A stretch of 63,871 nt of DNA, filler included, from Globobulimina sp. (Eukaryota), in assembly GCA_003354225.1 (NCBI GenBank). It is 49 parts of 49 records of this genome, joined end to end, with 100 filler letters (N's around TTAATTAATTAA, not from the genome) between each part and the next. Parts side by side here need not be neighbours in the genome. Positions count along the whole stretch, not along the records: positions 1 to 1,207 come from PIVH01020984.1; positions 1,308 to 2,514 come from PIVH01020985.1; positions 2,615 to 3,821 come from PIVH01020986.1; positions 3,922 to 5,128 come from PIVH01020987.1; positions 5,229 to 6,435 come from PIVH01020988.1; positions 6,536 to 7,741 come from PIVH01020989.1; positions 7,842 to 9,047 come from PIVH01020990.1; positions 9,148 to 10,353 come from PIVH01020991.1; 41 more parts are not named here. One strand, written 5' to 3'. Positions 1 through 11,761 of this stretch are shown here, piece by piece (position 1 is the stretch's first letter; each line of letters opens with the position of its first letter). The translations under genes were made by a program, and so were the position numbers. The notes beneath the pieces are model-generated. The model was given only the letters and a program-made list of their open reading frames with translations. It was not told the origin of the DNA and ran no database searches.

Positions 1-11
1 AAAAAACAACG

Positions 12-1182
12 TTGGAAGCAACAGTTACTGATGTAACCCCTGAACGAATTATTGGTGGTCAGAAATATCTGAACTTACGTTTATTTCAAAAAGATGAGTT
101 AAACAACAGCCACACTTTCAAAGTACGCGTACAAGGCCCGAATATGCGAAAAATGCAACAAGATGATTTGATGGGTGAGCATATTCGAATTACAATTGAC
201 GTATTAAGACAATACACAAAGGAACATTCCACAACGTCAAACATTTGGGGTATTATTCCTACAAAAACGAAACAGATTGTTTTCGAAGTTATTAACAACC
301 CACTAATGGATGTAAATATCATCAATCCTGATTTGAATTCATTGAAGAATCTCACACACAAGGAAAAGATTGAATTTTCGGGATGTAATATCGGGCAACC
401 TGTCATCAAAACAATTAAGAAGGGCAATAAACCGCCGCAAACAATCGTTACATGGGTTTTAAATATAGATAACAGTTATCAAATTAATTTAACTGCATGG
501 AATGACAATCCGAATAAGATGAAGAAAAATGACATTGTCCAAGTTTTTAGATCGACAAATGTAACAGATTATTTGATTAACCCTTCAAACGAACAATGTA
601 CAGCACTGCAATCATTGATCAACTCGAATGCAATTTTAGAGAAACAGACATTTGATTATGGTGATAAATACAATGATATATCTGTTGCACCAATCCGTCA
701 ATTAAAGTATGAAAAAGATGAACTTGGGAAACCATCATCACAACAATATCCTGCAATGATTGGTGATATGAAAAAATTGAAATTTGAGAATAATATTTAC
801 ACAGACAAAGAAGGAAATGTGGTGTCACCAGGTGATGTCAGATATAGACACATATTGTGGGTTCATATAAAGTCTGTGCAATTATGGAACGAAGGGGCTG
901 AGATTCTGTTAGGATTATCTGCAAAACAATGGTCGAACATGTCACCGGATGATCAGGCAAATTACTGGAATACACATGTTGATAATGAAAGTTATTATGA
1001 ATTTTGGGTAACATCTGCTAAGAAAAGGTGGAATAACAAAGATAAATTGGTATTTGTAGCGGATTTTGCGAAACAAATCGAATCATCAGATGTTATTGTA
1101 TTTGATCATTTAGAAAATGGATTTACAGAGGTGTTCCGGATAAGATATACGCATATTATCTACTCATATATATTAGGTTTAA
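12..1182 (+). CDS. RPA1 (RPA70)-like multi-OB-fold ssDNA-binding protein, 5' partial
   Basis: INLTAWND resembles an OB-fold strand. C-terminal YPA..KKL..YRHILWVHI..WNEGAEILLGLSA..YEFWV..W resembles RPA1 DBD-C. Possible terminal intron 1131-1176. Confidence 0.6.
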
Positions 1183-1207
1183 TCATATGGTGGACCTGTC
1201 AAGGGAT

Positions 1208-1307
1208 NNNNNNNNNNNNNNNNNNNNNNNNNNNNNNNNNNNNNNNNNNNNTTAATTAATTAANNNNNNNNNNNNNNNNNNNNNNNNNNNNNNNNNNNNN
1301 NNNNNNN
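1208..1307. other. Artificial contig linker N44-TTAATTAATTAA-N44 (first of 48; recurs every ~1.3 kb)
   Basis: Identical 100-nt spacer with six-frame stops. Flanking segments decrease monotonically from 1207 to 1204 bp. Confidence 0.99.
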
Positions 1308-1771
1308 TTAAGAGATCACATCCTTCATGGCCTGAATTATCTGCATTCGGCATTGTAATTAAAGAGTTGCCAGCAAATGTATCGTCCATTAATATGTCAT
1401 GGAGTTTTTTATTTAAAGAAGTTAATTATGCAATCAATGAAAGATCGGCAACATTGAATCAAAGTAATTATCATGGTTTCACAGCATGTGATCATAAATA
1501 TTTTGATGATTTACAGTATTTAACGATCGTCCTTTTTGCTCATATTACAAAAAATACCGTAATTCAATCTGATGATAGTTGTCATCGACAATATACATAA
1601 ATTATATGTTTAATTGTATCATATTTTAAGTATTATACTTCGCTCTAAATCTAATATTAATTGTTGTTTGCTGTTGTGTATGTTTTTGTTTTTTATTTTT
1701 TTGTCATTCTGTAAATGTTTTTTTATTCTCAAACTCAAACCCCTTTCTTTTTTAATATTCCTTAGTGAATC

Positions 1772-2503
1772 ATGTCAATTAACGTAGTATGCTTACTAAT
1801 TTTTATTATCCAAACGAACCGCATTTTCAGCCAAAATAATCGGGTTAGATCACCAGACACACCGTTAAATTTACCAAAAAGTGAAATACCAATGTTCTTA
1901 ACCATCACAGTGGATGATGCTCTTCATTCAAGCTCCCACGCTCAGACCGACCAAATCTTAGGTCATTTCAACCCAAATAGCGAGCAAATACCACTCGTAT
2001 ACTTTGTAAGTAATGAATTTACAGATTATCGCAGTGTGCAAGCTAGATATTTACAAGGCTGTGAGATAGCTGTTCATACCGTGACCCATAGCACAAGAGA
2101 AGACACCTCAATGATTCAGTGGTATCATGAAATACAAACCTCGCGAGATCTACTCTCTGTTCATGCAGACATACCATTTGATGAAATTATAGGTTTCCGG
2201 GCGCCATTTCTAGAGAAGAATGACTTTTCCTATGACGTCTTACATGGCATAAATCCAGTATTTACTTATGATTCTACAGTGGCAGCGACATTAGACAACG
2301 ATGGTCTGTTTGATTGGCCCTATACTTTGGATGAATATGAAGTGGGTTATTTTTATCGAATCGGTGAAGGACCGGTTCGATCATACCCCGGCTTATGGGA
2401 AATACCAATGTATGACGTATATACCAATATATCCTCGCGAGACACCATCGGACAAATTATGGATTATACCGGCGATTACGACACCTTATTGGATGCATTT
2501 AAG
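1772..2503 (+). CDS. Secreted polysaccharide/chitin deacetylase (CE4, CDA-like), first exon
   Basis: Signal peptide; TVDDA, EIAVHTVTH, GFRAPFL, YDST, WPYTLD and PGLWEIPM motifs; donor GTATGT at 2504. Confidence 0.9.
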
Positions 2504-2614
2504 GTATGTTATATNNNNNNNNNNNNNNNNNNNNNNNNNNNNNNNNNNNNNNNNNNNNTTAATTAATTAANNNNNNNNNNNNNNNNNNNNNNNNNNNNNN
2601 NNNNNNNNNNNNNN

Positions 2615-3821
2615 AAAAATCAAAATCCAGAGAATTTGGAATGGGACAACTCCAAATGTATAATCTCTCAATTTGGCAATATTCCGATTGAAACCGCAAT
2701 GAATAACATGTCGTCCATTGGCTTAAATAATATTCGAACATGGCTCAAACCATTCAATATCTTATCAGCTGGGGAGCAATATCGATGCGCCTTTGCCAGA
2801 TTGTTGCAGGAATCTATAAATACTGACATCGAATGGATATTTTTGGATGAATTTACCTCTGTTTTAGACAGAACAAATGCTCGCTGTATGAGTGCTGCGA
2901 CAAGCAAATGCATTCGGAAAAATAATAAAATGTACAACAACAACACAAGTAATTTCATTTTGGCATCGGCCAATGCCGATATTATAAGGTATTTACAGCC
3001 CGATTTATTGATACTGTTGGGAGGTAGGGACGAAATGAAATTAATTCCTAATCCAAACAATTTGAGTGATGCTAGAAAATTGTTTGATGTGCGAACTGTT
3101 TTGGATTTGCCGCAATTTGCAAAGTTGAAAGAAAATATCGACCAATCTCCAGAGTTTAACAAATCGATCCAGAAATTGACAAAGTTCGATTGTTTGGAGG
3201 CGCTGAAACGAATATCGATTGATAATGAAGTGCGAGAGTTAAAATGTAATGTTTTAATGGATGATCACGCAAAACAAACGAGTTTGATTTTGGATGTGGA
3301 AGATTTCAAAGGAGAGTGCATTACACACATTCCATGCTTACAGAGGAAACATATGAATTTTGTAAATAGTTGTTTTAATATTGGGATAATTGTCGGTCCC
3401 TCGGGTTGCGGTAAAACAACGTCCGGAGAGCGGTTATTTGGGCGACCTCCGGAAATTAAATGGGATTCAAATAGAAACATTGCATCTCATTTTAAATCTA
3501 TTCAAAATCTGTCTGAATTATTTTGTGCGGTGGATTTATCGTTGAATATTGCTTTTTCATTCTACCATTTTCTGAGCGAAGGGGAGAAACACAGAGTGAA
3601 TATCGCGAGGTATTTGGATGGAAATAATAATGTCTTAATTGATGAGTTTACGTCGTATTTGGACCGGATTACCGCTAAGAAAGTAGCCAAAGGTGTAAGT
3701 GATTATATTTATAAATATAATAAACAAAACATTGTATTTTTATGTTGTAAATATGATATTATTTCGGATAAAAATGGAATTTATCCATCCTGGATATTTG
3801 ATGTACAAAATAAGCAAATAA
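2615..3821 (+). CDS. Soluble ABC-type ATPase with two tandem NBDs, partial
   Basis: NBD1 has LSAGEQYR and FLDEFTSVLDR. NBD2 has Walker A GPSGCGKTT, LSEGEKHR and LIDEFTSYLDR. No TM segments. Confidence 0.85.
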
Positions 3822-3921
3822 NNNNNNNNNNNNNNNNNNNNNNNNNNNNNNNNNNNNNNNNNNNNTTAATTAATTAANNNNNNNNNNNNNNNNNNNNNNN
3901 NNNNNNNNNNNNNNNNNNNNN

Positions 3922-4026
3922 CTGCCGAATCTCCGAATTAACTCGGTGAATTTGGGCTCGCCGAATTAAGAAGTTTTTCGAATGCCCCGAACGACTCGGT
4001 GAATTCAGACTCAGTGTTCATCACTG
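3922..4026. mobile_element. Probable end of a DNA transposon/MITE (hAT-like)
   Basis: Ends in GTTCATCACTG (reverse complement CAGTGATGAAC), preceded by repeated CCGAAT and ACTCGGTGAATT motifs. The other end is not on the contig. Confidence 0.4.
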
Positions 4027-4165
4027 CATCTGAATATATTCTTGAATGCTCCAGAATTTAAACATTATTGGAATAATCGAGGATTGTCAATGTATAACAT
4101 TGATATAATGAAAGAATGTCAGTTAAATGAAATACTATCAATTTTATGTTATCAATTTTCTTGTT

Positions 4166-4500
4166 CAGAGGTGTCCAACTGCTCGACTCGACTCGACTCC
4201 TCACCAAACTTGTAGTTAGAAGTCGAGTCGAGTCGGAGCAGAGATGGAGTCGAGTCGACTCAGCAGATGGAGTCAACCAATTAAACATAAAACAAAACAT
4301 ATCTAATACACATTTATTTAATTGTCTGTGCTCCAAAAAGCGAGTCGCGACTCGACTCGACTCCAAGTTTCATATGAAAAGTTGGAGTCGAGTCGAGCAG
4401 AGTTAAAAGTCTAAATGAAAAGTTCAAGTCGAGTTCGAGCAGACTCGATTCCGCTTAACTCGCAACTCCGAACCAAAAGTAGAGCAGTTGGACACCTCTG
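4166..4500. mobile_element. 335-bp MITE with hAT-like TIRs
   Basis: Perfect 19-bp TIR CAGAGGTGTCCAACTGCTC (4166-4184 / 4482-4500; 22/23 when extended). Many internal CTCGA/TCGAG pentamer arrays. No clean TSD. Confidence 0.8.
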
Positions 4501-4666
4501 TATTGTAATATTGAAATCGGCGCATAATGTTCTCTCAAATCGGTGGTCTCGCCGCGCCCTTAAATTATTTTTTGCCTCTTAAACTGTCTTATCAATGCGG
4601 TGAATTCCACAACACTGTAAACCCCCGACTCGTCAATGTCATACTCATCATTGTCCCACGAAAACG

Positions 4667-4996
4667 TTAGTTCGGCAAACTTGTCACCGCAATTCCTTCG
4701 TTTTCCTTGTCCACGACACCATATTTTGAGCCGTTTCCAAAGAGGGAATATCGATATAAATATTTTATCGGGTCGTTTAAATACCGCCCTTTACCCTTCT
4801 GCATGTTCATAAAATAGAATGTAATGCCTACGCGACCCCCAATGATTCGAAAATGCATTCTTTCATGAAATGTGACATCAAATGGGAATTTTTCAAATAT
4901 ATCCTCTAATTTCTTATCTTCATCCATCGACCTTCTTTTATTATACTGCCTGCTCTCTTCAATTCTTGTTTGATCACTTTGCGATGGCGATGTCAC
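4667..4996 (-). CDS. Hypothetical protein
   Basis: 109-aa ORF with no recognised motif. Confidence 0.3.
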   Translation of the reverse strand: MTSPSQSDQTRIEESRQYNKRRSMDEDKKLEDIFEKFPFDVTFHERMHFRIIGGRVGITFYFMNMQKGKGRYLNDPIKYLYRYSLFGNGSKYGVVDKENEGIAVTSLPN

Positions 4997-5330
4997 ATTT
5001 CGTTGATTTTTGCGTGCGCGAAATTGATCTAAGCCGCTAATCGATTGTTGGGTATCATTTTGTTGACTATTGTTGTTTAATGCTCCTCGATAGGATTGAA
5101 TTTTTACGATTGTATCACTAATATACTTNNNNNNNNNNNNNNNNNNNNNNNNNNNNNNNNNNNNNNNNNNNNTTAATTAATTAANNNNNNNNNNNNNNNN
5201 NNNNNNNNNNNNNNNNNNNNNNNNNNNNTAATGAGAACAAATTTAAAATACAAGTTTAAATACTAAAACAATACAATAATGTAAATTGATGGGTTATTTT
5301 TATTATAAGCAGTCAGTATGTCATTTAATG

Positions 5331-6201
5331 TCAATCCTCATCAATTTTTGGAGCTAAATAATATTTTAAATGCCCAATATCATCCACTTTATATTCCGTG
5401 ACCAATGGAACATCGCTACTCATAAATAACGTAACACATTTTGATAATGTCGACGCTTTTGTAAAATATGCCAAATACCTAATTGCAAAATTCTGTGAAA
5501 TTGCTTCATCACATCGTATCAATACAGAATTCGGATTTTTATCCAAATCATCAATATCATCGATATCTGCATTATGGGCGTACGTAATATCTCCACTGCC
5601 GATGTCACCGCGTAAACTAAACTTAACCGCATCTTTATTGCATGCAATACCTAACGAATCCCCAATGGTCGATAAATCACTGCATAATGATTTAAATTCT
5701 TTGGATGACATTCTTATGGTTGACTTGTATTCGGTGTCTGGGATGACCAGTCTCTCTGAGTCAATATCCATTAGTTTCAATTCAAAATTCAATGTTCGAT
5801 TATCGCCTAACATGTCAATCAAAATCAAGATTCAAATTAGGTGCAAGGATCAGATATATAATAAGCAGTAATATCACTTAACTTTGATCAGAAAATATTA
5901 ACTGTAACGTATCAGAATCATCCTCATGTCGCAATGTAATCGAATCCTTTGCTTTTGAACACTTTAATACTTTGTTTAAAGACGCAAAATTAACACCTAA
6001 TGTATGATTTTGATCACATTTAAATTCTGTGAACGATTGTGTGGATAAAAATAAATTTACTAATGATACATGCGATGAATCCATTGCTTGTAAACGAATC
6101 CCTTCATCTGAACAATCAAAATTGGCATCTTGCACTAGGTCGCCAATGGCACTTATCACTTTTTTAAATACATCACCTTCTTCTAATGTAGCTTCAAACA
6201 T
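5331..6201 (-). CDS. PCNA: Proliferating cell nuclear antigen, two exons (6201-5883, 5806-5331), 264 aa
   Basis: LQAMDSSHVSLV, FELKLMDID and YYLAPKI motifs. A 76-nt GT-AG intron (5882-5807) joins the two ORFs in frame. Confidence 0.97.
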
Positions 6202-6958
6202 TTATTTAATTGCAAGTTTCGATCAAATTTCTGGGAACGACGTAGCCGGATGAAGTTTGTGAGAAAGATAAAAAAGGATTTTTGTGTTTTTTAGGTTGAG
6301 CTAAATTTAACAGTGAATTTTGATTATACGTAACCAAATTTTTTAAAAAAATGCAGCTGTCGATTATTTCATTTATTTGACACTCATAACAGTTGGACAC
6401 TTAGATGGAATCCAAATTAAAGCATAGATTGAATGNNNNNNNNNNNNNNNNNNNNNNNNNNNNNNNNNNNNNNNNNNNNTTAATTAATTAANNNNNNNNN
6501 NNNNNNNNNNNNNNNNNNNNNNNNNNNNNNNNNNNCTGTCCATATTAATAAAATAATCTGTTAATATCGCATCAATGCCACCTAACACTCGAACAATTTC
6601 TAATGTATTATCATTGTTATTCTTTCCATTCAATAACTGTTTTTCATGCAAATTGTACAATGATTTTGTGCTAATTTCGCTATCATTGAAAATATCATTA
6701 TTTAAATGATTATCAATGGAAGATTGTAAATTTCGCGCCATGTTGGATCTCAGCAGAAGTTTTTGGTTATATTTTTATATTTTATTTTCTGATTTTTCTA
6801 AGTCAGTAAAACTTTGCATACTTAAATTTTAAACTAGTCCTTGACAAAGACAACATTACTGTCGAAACGTCGGACACATGGTGATTTTCTAAAACGCAGT
6901 GTTTCAAACAGGTCCTATTCTAAAGTAATTAAATCAGTCAGAAACATTGCTTTATTGT

Positions 6959-7741
6959 CTATTGAAACTTCCGTACGAGGTACCCTTGCAAAACAACTTT
7001 ATTGTTCTTGTCGAAAAGTTTAAATCTTGCTTGGCTGTCGTTGACATCTTTTAATATTTTTAGTATTGGCTTATTTGGTAAAAACAATGGTCTTTCAAAT
7101 ATAGTTCCAATAGTTATTATTTGCCCATCTTTTATGTGTTTGTTATTCAATATTTTGTGAATAATTCTGGACACACTCCACATTCCGTGGCATATATTAC
7201 TTTTAAACCCAAATACTTTTGCCAGATATTTATGTAAATGAATTGGATTAATATCACCACAAATGATGCTATAATGGAATGACGTGTTACTTTGTATGTA
7301 ATCCCATTCATATTCATTCTTAACAATATCGCCAATATTAGCAATTTTAAAATAATCTTTTTTTTCTTTTCCGTCCGTTTTTTCCCGATATTTTTTAGGA
7401 GCGCGAATTAAATAAATATCAGTTATTTCCATTACTAAGTCATTTTTATTATTATTATTAACTACAAATATTTGATTAGAAACAGAGAATGTTAAATCGT
7501 GTTTTTTTGTAAAATAAATATTTTTATTGACAATTGTTTTAATAAATATTTTGCTATTTTTATTGTGAATAAATTTATAAATTTTGAATGTGTTTTGATA
7601 ATGAACAGAACCCAATAATTTTAATGGAAATTCTTTTCTTTTTGCCACTGTAAATAATAATAATTTAGAACATAGACAATGAAAATAACCAAACGGAATA
7701 AAATCATTCTTATAATTAATTCCCATACATTCCATATATTT
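6959..7741 (-). CDS. MaoC/PhaJ-like hot-dog-fold dehydratase, 5' partial
   Basis: Hydratase-2 motif CGDINPIHLH...GFKSNICHGMW; FERPLFLP. Confidence 0.85.
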   Translation of the reverse strand, partial: KYMECMGINYKNDFIPFGYFHCLCSKLLLFTVAKRKEFPLKLLGSVHYQNTFKIYKFIHNKNSKIFIKTIVNKNIYFTKKHDLTFSVSNQIFVVNNNNKNDLVMEITDIYLIRAPKKYREKTDGKEKKDYFKIANIGDIVKNEYEWDYIQSNTSFHYSIICGDINPIHLHKYLAKVFGFKSNICHGMWSVSRIIHKILNNKHIKDGQIITIGTIFERPLFLPNKPILKILKDVNDSQARFKLFDKNNKVVLQGYLVRKFQ

Positions 7742-7841
7742 NNNNNNNNNNNNNNNNNNNNNNNNNNNNNNNNNNNNNNNNNNNNTTAATTAATTAANNN
7801 NNNNNNNNNNNNNNNNNNNNNNNNNNNNNNNNNNNNNNNNN

Positions 7842-9014
7842 AACAACTGAATCAAGAACTCCATCAATTATTGAAACCAAGCAAAAATGTTCCAAACTAC
7901 CAACCTGACTGTTACATGTTTTATTGTCCAACAAATCAAACCAATCTGCATCTCCAAACAAAAAAAAATTAAAACATCCATAAATTATACCGCAAATGTA
8001 ACAAAATATCCAAAAAACACGATATAATAATTTTTGTGTATGTGGACCAACAAACGAGAAAAATAAGAATGGTAACAGTATTACGGCAGGGAACAGATAA
8101 CAAGCTGCTATAAATACAAAAATAAATAATTCGTCGAATAACTGCGTATAACTGGTCGAATATGACATATTTTCATAGAAATTACACGAAATCCAAGCCC
8201 AAATAACTAATACGCTAAAAGAAAGAGCAACAAAAAGAGTGAGTAAATATTTTGTTGCAGTGGTATATTGTTCAGCGTCTACATTGATTTTATTGTCATA
8301 GTGATTTAATCTCTTTTCTGTTGTTTTTGGTGTGCTATTAATAATAATGCGAGTAACCAATCGATAACACCAATCATCTATTTCTAAGACGAATACATTG
8401 CCAATGGATGATAGTAAAATATTTGATGGATTATCAATTTTGAGATATAAACCAAATCCAATAATAAATAATGAAAAAGCCCACGTGACACTGATTAATA
8501 TCATATTTGCGATGGCTACGGTGGTTCCATAAATAAAACCAATTTTGTCTAATTGTTTAGGATCAGAACAATTTAAGCATCCAACAAATAGAGTTATAAA
8601 CATATATAATGATGGGAGTAAATAACTGACCAAAACAAATATAGCTGACATTGCACATACAAAATGAATGGGTGCTTCTTGTATAATCCATACCGTTCCA
8701 CAATAATAATGTTTTTCTTCTGTTACAAGAAATTTGCCGAATTCATAAACATAAGCCATGGTTAATGTTATTAAACAAAATAATTGTATCAAATATATAC
8801 AGATTATCATTACCCAATAAACTATTTTGCGATAAGGCGAGAAATCAGGATATTCACTGTTATAATGCATTAAAAAGAAAAATGCATAAATATCTTCGTT
8901 TAATGTAATTTGTGTTGTATCTTTATTCGGTGGAGTTTCCTCAATTTGAAGAACACCTGCATGAGAAACATTTGTTTGGTCCTTTCTCTCTGTCATTTCA
9001 GTGCCAGAACTCAT
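7842..9014 (-). CDS. Multi-pass membrane protein, unknown function
   Basis: Roughly 7 hydrophobic segments; ILLSSIGNVFVLEIDDW motif. Confidence 0.6.
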
Positions 9015-9152
9015 ATCAATGATTGACTAGATCACTAGCTTTTTGATNNNNNNNNNNNNNNNNNNNNNNNNNNNNNNNNNNNNNNNNNNNNTTAATTAAT
9101 TAANNNNNNNNNNNNNNNNNNNNNNNNNNNNNNNNNNNNNNNNNNNNTAATT

Positions 9153-10353
9153 ATGCCATTAATTATGCTCATTTTACATCACAAATTGACATCTTTATCA
9201 TTGAAAGATCCGCCAACACTCATTATGGAAAATATTCACTCGAAGCTGATTACCAATGACATAAATGTGATAATATTAGATTTTAAGAAACTGTGCCAAT
9301 GGATCAGAAATCACCCAAATGGACCAAACTTTGTGATTGATTCATCCCAAATTGACTATGATTCAAACTATTTGCATGATGATGTAATGCGTGGATGGAA
9401 TGATAGGGAAATGGTACAAATCCTCGATATCGAACAATTAGAACAAATCGAAAATCATTGTCTCAGGAAATGGAGACGTTTAACACACCACAAATTGCAC
9501 GCATATGATAAATATATCGGAGAGTATATGCTCAAACAAGGCAATAAAATCGGAGCATTGAGACATTTTGGCTTCATTCCATGGGACGACGACTTTGATT
9601 TGTTATTTTATGTAAAAGATGCAAAACATCAACAGACCGTTTTAAACCTATTTGATGAAATTCCGATACATGAAAAATACGGAAGATGTTCTATGGTGTA
9701 CAGGCGATGTGGTTTTGGCAAGATATACTTCAACAATCTCAGTCTAACAATGGGTACAGTATATTCTATGTGTTTTTGTGTCTGATTGTATGTACAGTAT
9801 AATTAAAATAAGACGTTGAAGGGTTCGGGAATATGGATCCAAACGCCTGGAATACAGAATATACGCATTTGAGCACAAACGAGATCAGATACCCTCTGAT
9901 TGATGTATTTTTTGGTTATTTAAGTGATGATGGAACAGAAATATTGTACACTCTCTGCAGCGATATCACAGATTCGCAGCCTAAGTGTGCCACGACCAAG
10001 TTTGCTGATACATTTCCTGTGCAATATCTGCCAGTAAATGATAAGTATTATCCTTTTGAGAGGAATGTGTTATTGACAATGCATGAAAATAGGAGCGAAT
10101 ATGGCGAAAGTAATCCAATTCGAATTTGTGTGGTTGAAGTAATGGGATTATATACGCACAGAAAAGATACAGAATGGGCTTATGGCGACCCTGTGGAATG
10201 TAAACTGTTTTGGAATGATTTTACATTTGTAAGGATTGATGAATATATTGATGGGGATAATTTGGATCAGCTATCTTGGATTAAACTAAATGATACAAAG
10301 AGTAATTGGTCCAAGCAATTGAAATTTATAAATGTGAGGATATCATTTGACAA
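9153..10353 (+). CDS. LicD/fukutin-family phosphotransferase, spliced, partial
   Basis: GALRHFGFIPWDDDFD signature. Second exon contains YPLIDVFF. Intron near 9754-9811. Confidence 0.8.
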
Positions 10354-10454
10354 NNNNNNNNNNNNNNNNNNNNNNNNNNNNNNNNNNNNNNNNNNNNTTA
10401 ATTAATTAANNNNNNNNNNNNNNNNNNNNNNNNNNNNNNNNNNNNNNNNNNNNT

Positions 10455-10844
10455 ATGTCTGGAAAAGGAAAGCGAGGCAGAGGCAAAGGAAAAGGAAAAG
10501 GAAAACAAGTGTCCCGTTCAGCCAGAGCAGGTTTACAATTCCCAGTTGGTCGCTTAGCTCGTTATTTGCGGAAAGGAGGTTATTCCAAAAGAGTTGGTGG
10601 CGCCGCACCAGTTTATATGGCAGCTGTTTTAGAATATATTGTGGCCGAAGTATTGGAGTTGGCCGGCAATGCAGCCAAAGATAATAAGAAATTGCGAATC
10701 ATCCCAAGACATATCCAGTTAGCTGTTCGTAATGACGATGAATTGAACCAGTTCTTTGGAAATGCTATTATTGCGTCAGGCGGGGTCTTACCAAATATCA
10801 ATGCTGCCTTATTGCCAGAAAAAAAAGGAAAAAAGAAAAACTAA
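10455..10844 (+). CDS. H2A: Histone H2A
   Basis: [37 protein letters not shown] and GGVLPNI motifs. Confidence 0.98.
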   Translation: MSGKGKRGRGKGKGKGKQVSRSARAGLQFPVGRLARYLRKGGYSKRVGGAAPVYMAAVLEYIVAEVLELAGNAAKDNKKLRIIPRHIQLAVRNDDELNQFFGNAIIASGGVLPNINAALLPEKKGKKKN

Positions 10845-11534
10845 TTCGATTAAATTCGCATATGCATATAATATTTATTTATTTAATTATTTTATTTTTT
10901 ACCAGGTGTTTTTCAACACCACCAATTTGAGAATATTATATTATATCATTCAATTTGAGAATAACTAGTCAATGATTTGTATGCTTGGTATCTGTATGTG
11001 TATCTGTATCTGTATACATTATGGTTTTTTGTTGATTGGTTTTACTCTGGCTTGAAACTTGAAATTTATCAAAAACATGGCACATACCCTCCATGTACGT
11101 CTGATCAGATAGCACACTTTGATCTAAATATAACAAATGTTGGTGTTGCAATTGGCGCTAAATTATATTTAATTTATTAAATTGAATTTAAGGCTGTACA
11201 ATCGATGGTGTTGCATACAGTGAAACTTGATATGATATGATATCGATATATTAGAATATGATGGTGCAGATCCGATCCACGTGCATGGATTGGATTGGAT
11301 GTCAAATCAAATGAGACACCAACTTTGTAATTATAATGTCATGTGTCAGACCAATAAAATAGAAATTCGTTTCTAATTATTGATAAGCAACATATTGCGA
11401 ATTCTGATATAATATTTGATGTATTTGCAATTGTCTGACATTTCTTCACCAAAACAAAATCAACATCAATCTCTTTCATATTCATATTCATATTAATAAT
11501 TCAATTTTAGTTTAATTTATTATCAATTGCAATA

Positions 11535-11659
11535 ATGTCGGGTCGTGGTAAAGGAGGCAAAGGTTTGGGAAAAGGCGGTGCCAAACGTTTCAGAAAAGGA
11601 GGAAAAGGAAATATTGCAGGAATTACAAAACCAGCCATCAGACGTTTAGCGCGAAGAGG
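11535..11659 (+). CDS. H4: Histone H4, divergent, 3' truncated (absent from ORF track)
   Basis: Translates [41 protein letters not shown]. Confidence 0.93.
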
Positions 11660-11761
11660 NNNNNNNNNNNNNNNNNNNNNNNNNNNNNNNNNNNNNNNNN
11701 NNNTTAATTAATTAANNNNNNNNNNNNNNNNNNNNNNNNNNNNNNNNNNNNNNNNNNNNCC

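Noticed and set aside
4058-4406. Overlapping ORFs 4058-4366 and 4146-4406
   Set aside because: Translations of the MITE's pentamer arrays.
5398-6253. Plus-strand ORFs opposite PCNA and similar antisense ORFs elsewhere
   Set aside because: Shadow frames of real genes.
10455-11659. H2A and H4 as a native histone cluster
   Set aside because: Unrelated coding-like sequence lies between them and chimeric contigs are common here. No histone 3' stem-loop is visible after H2A. Linkage is unproven.
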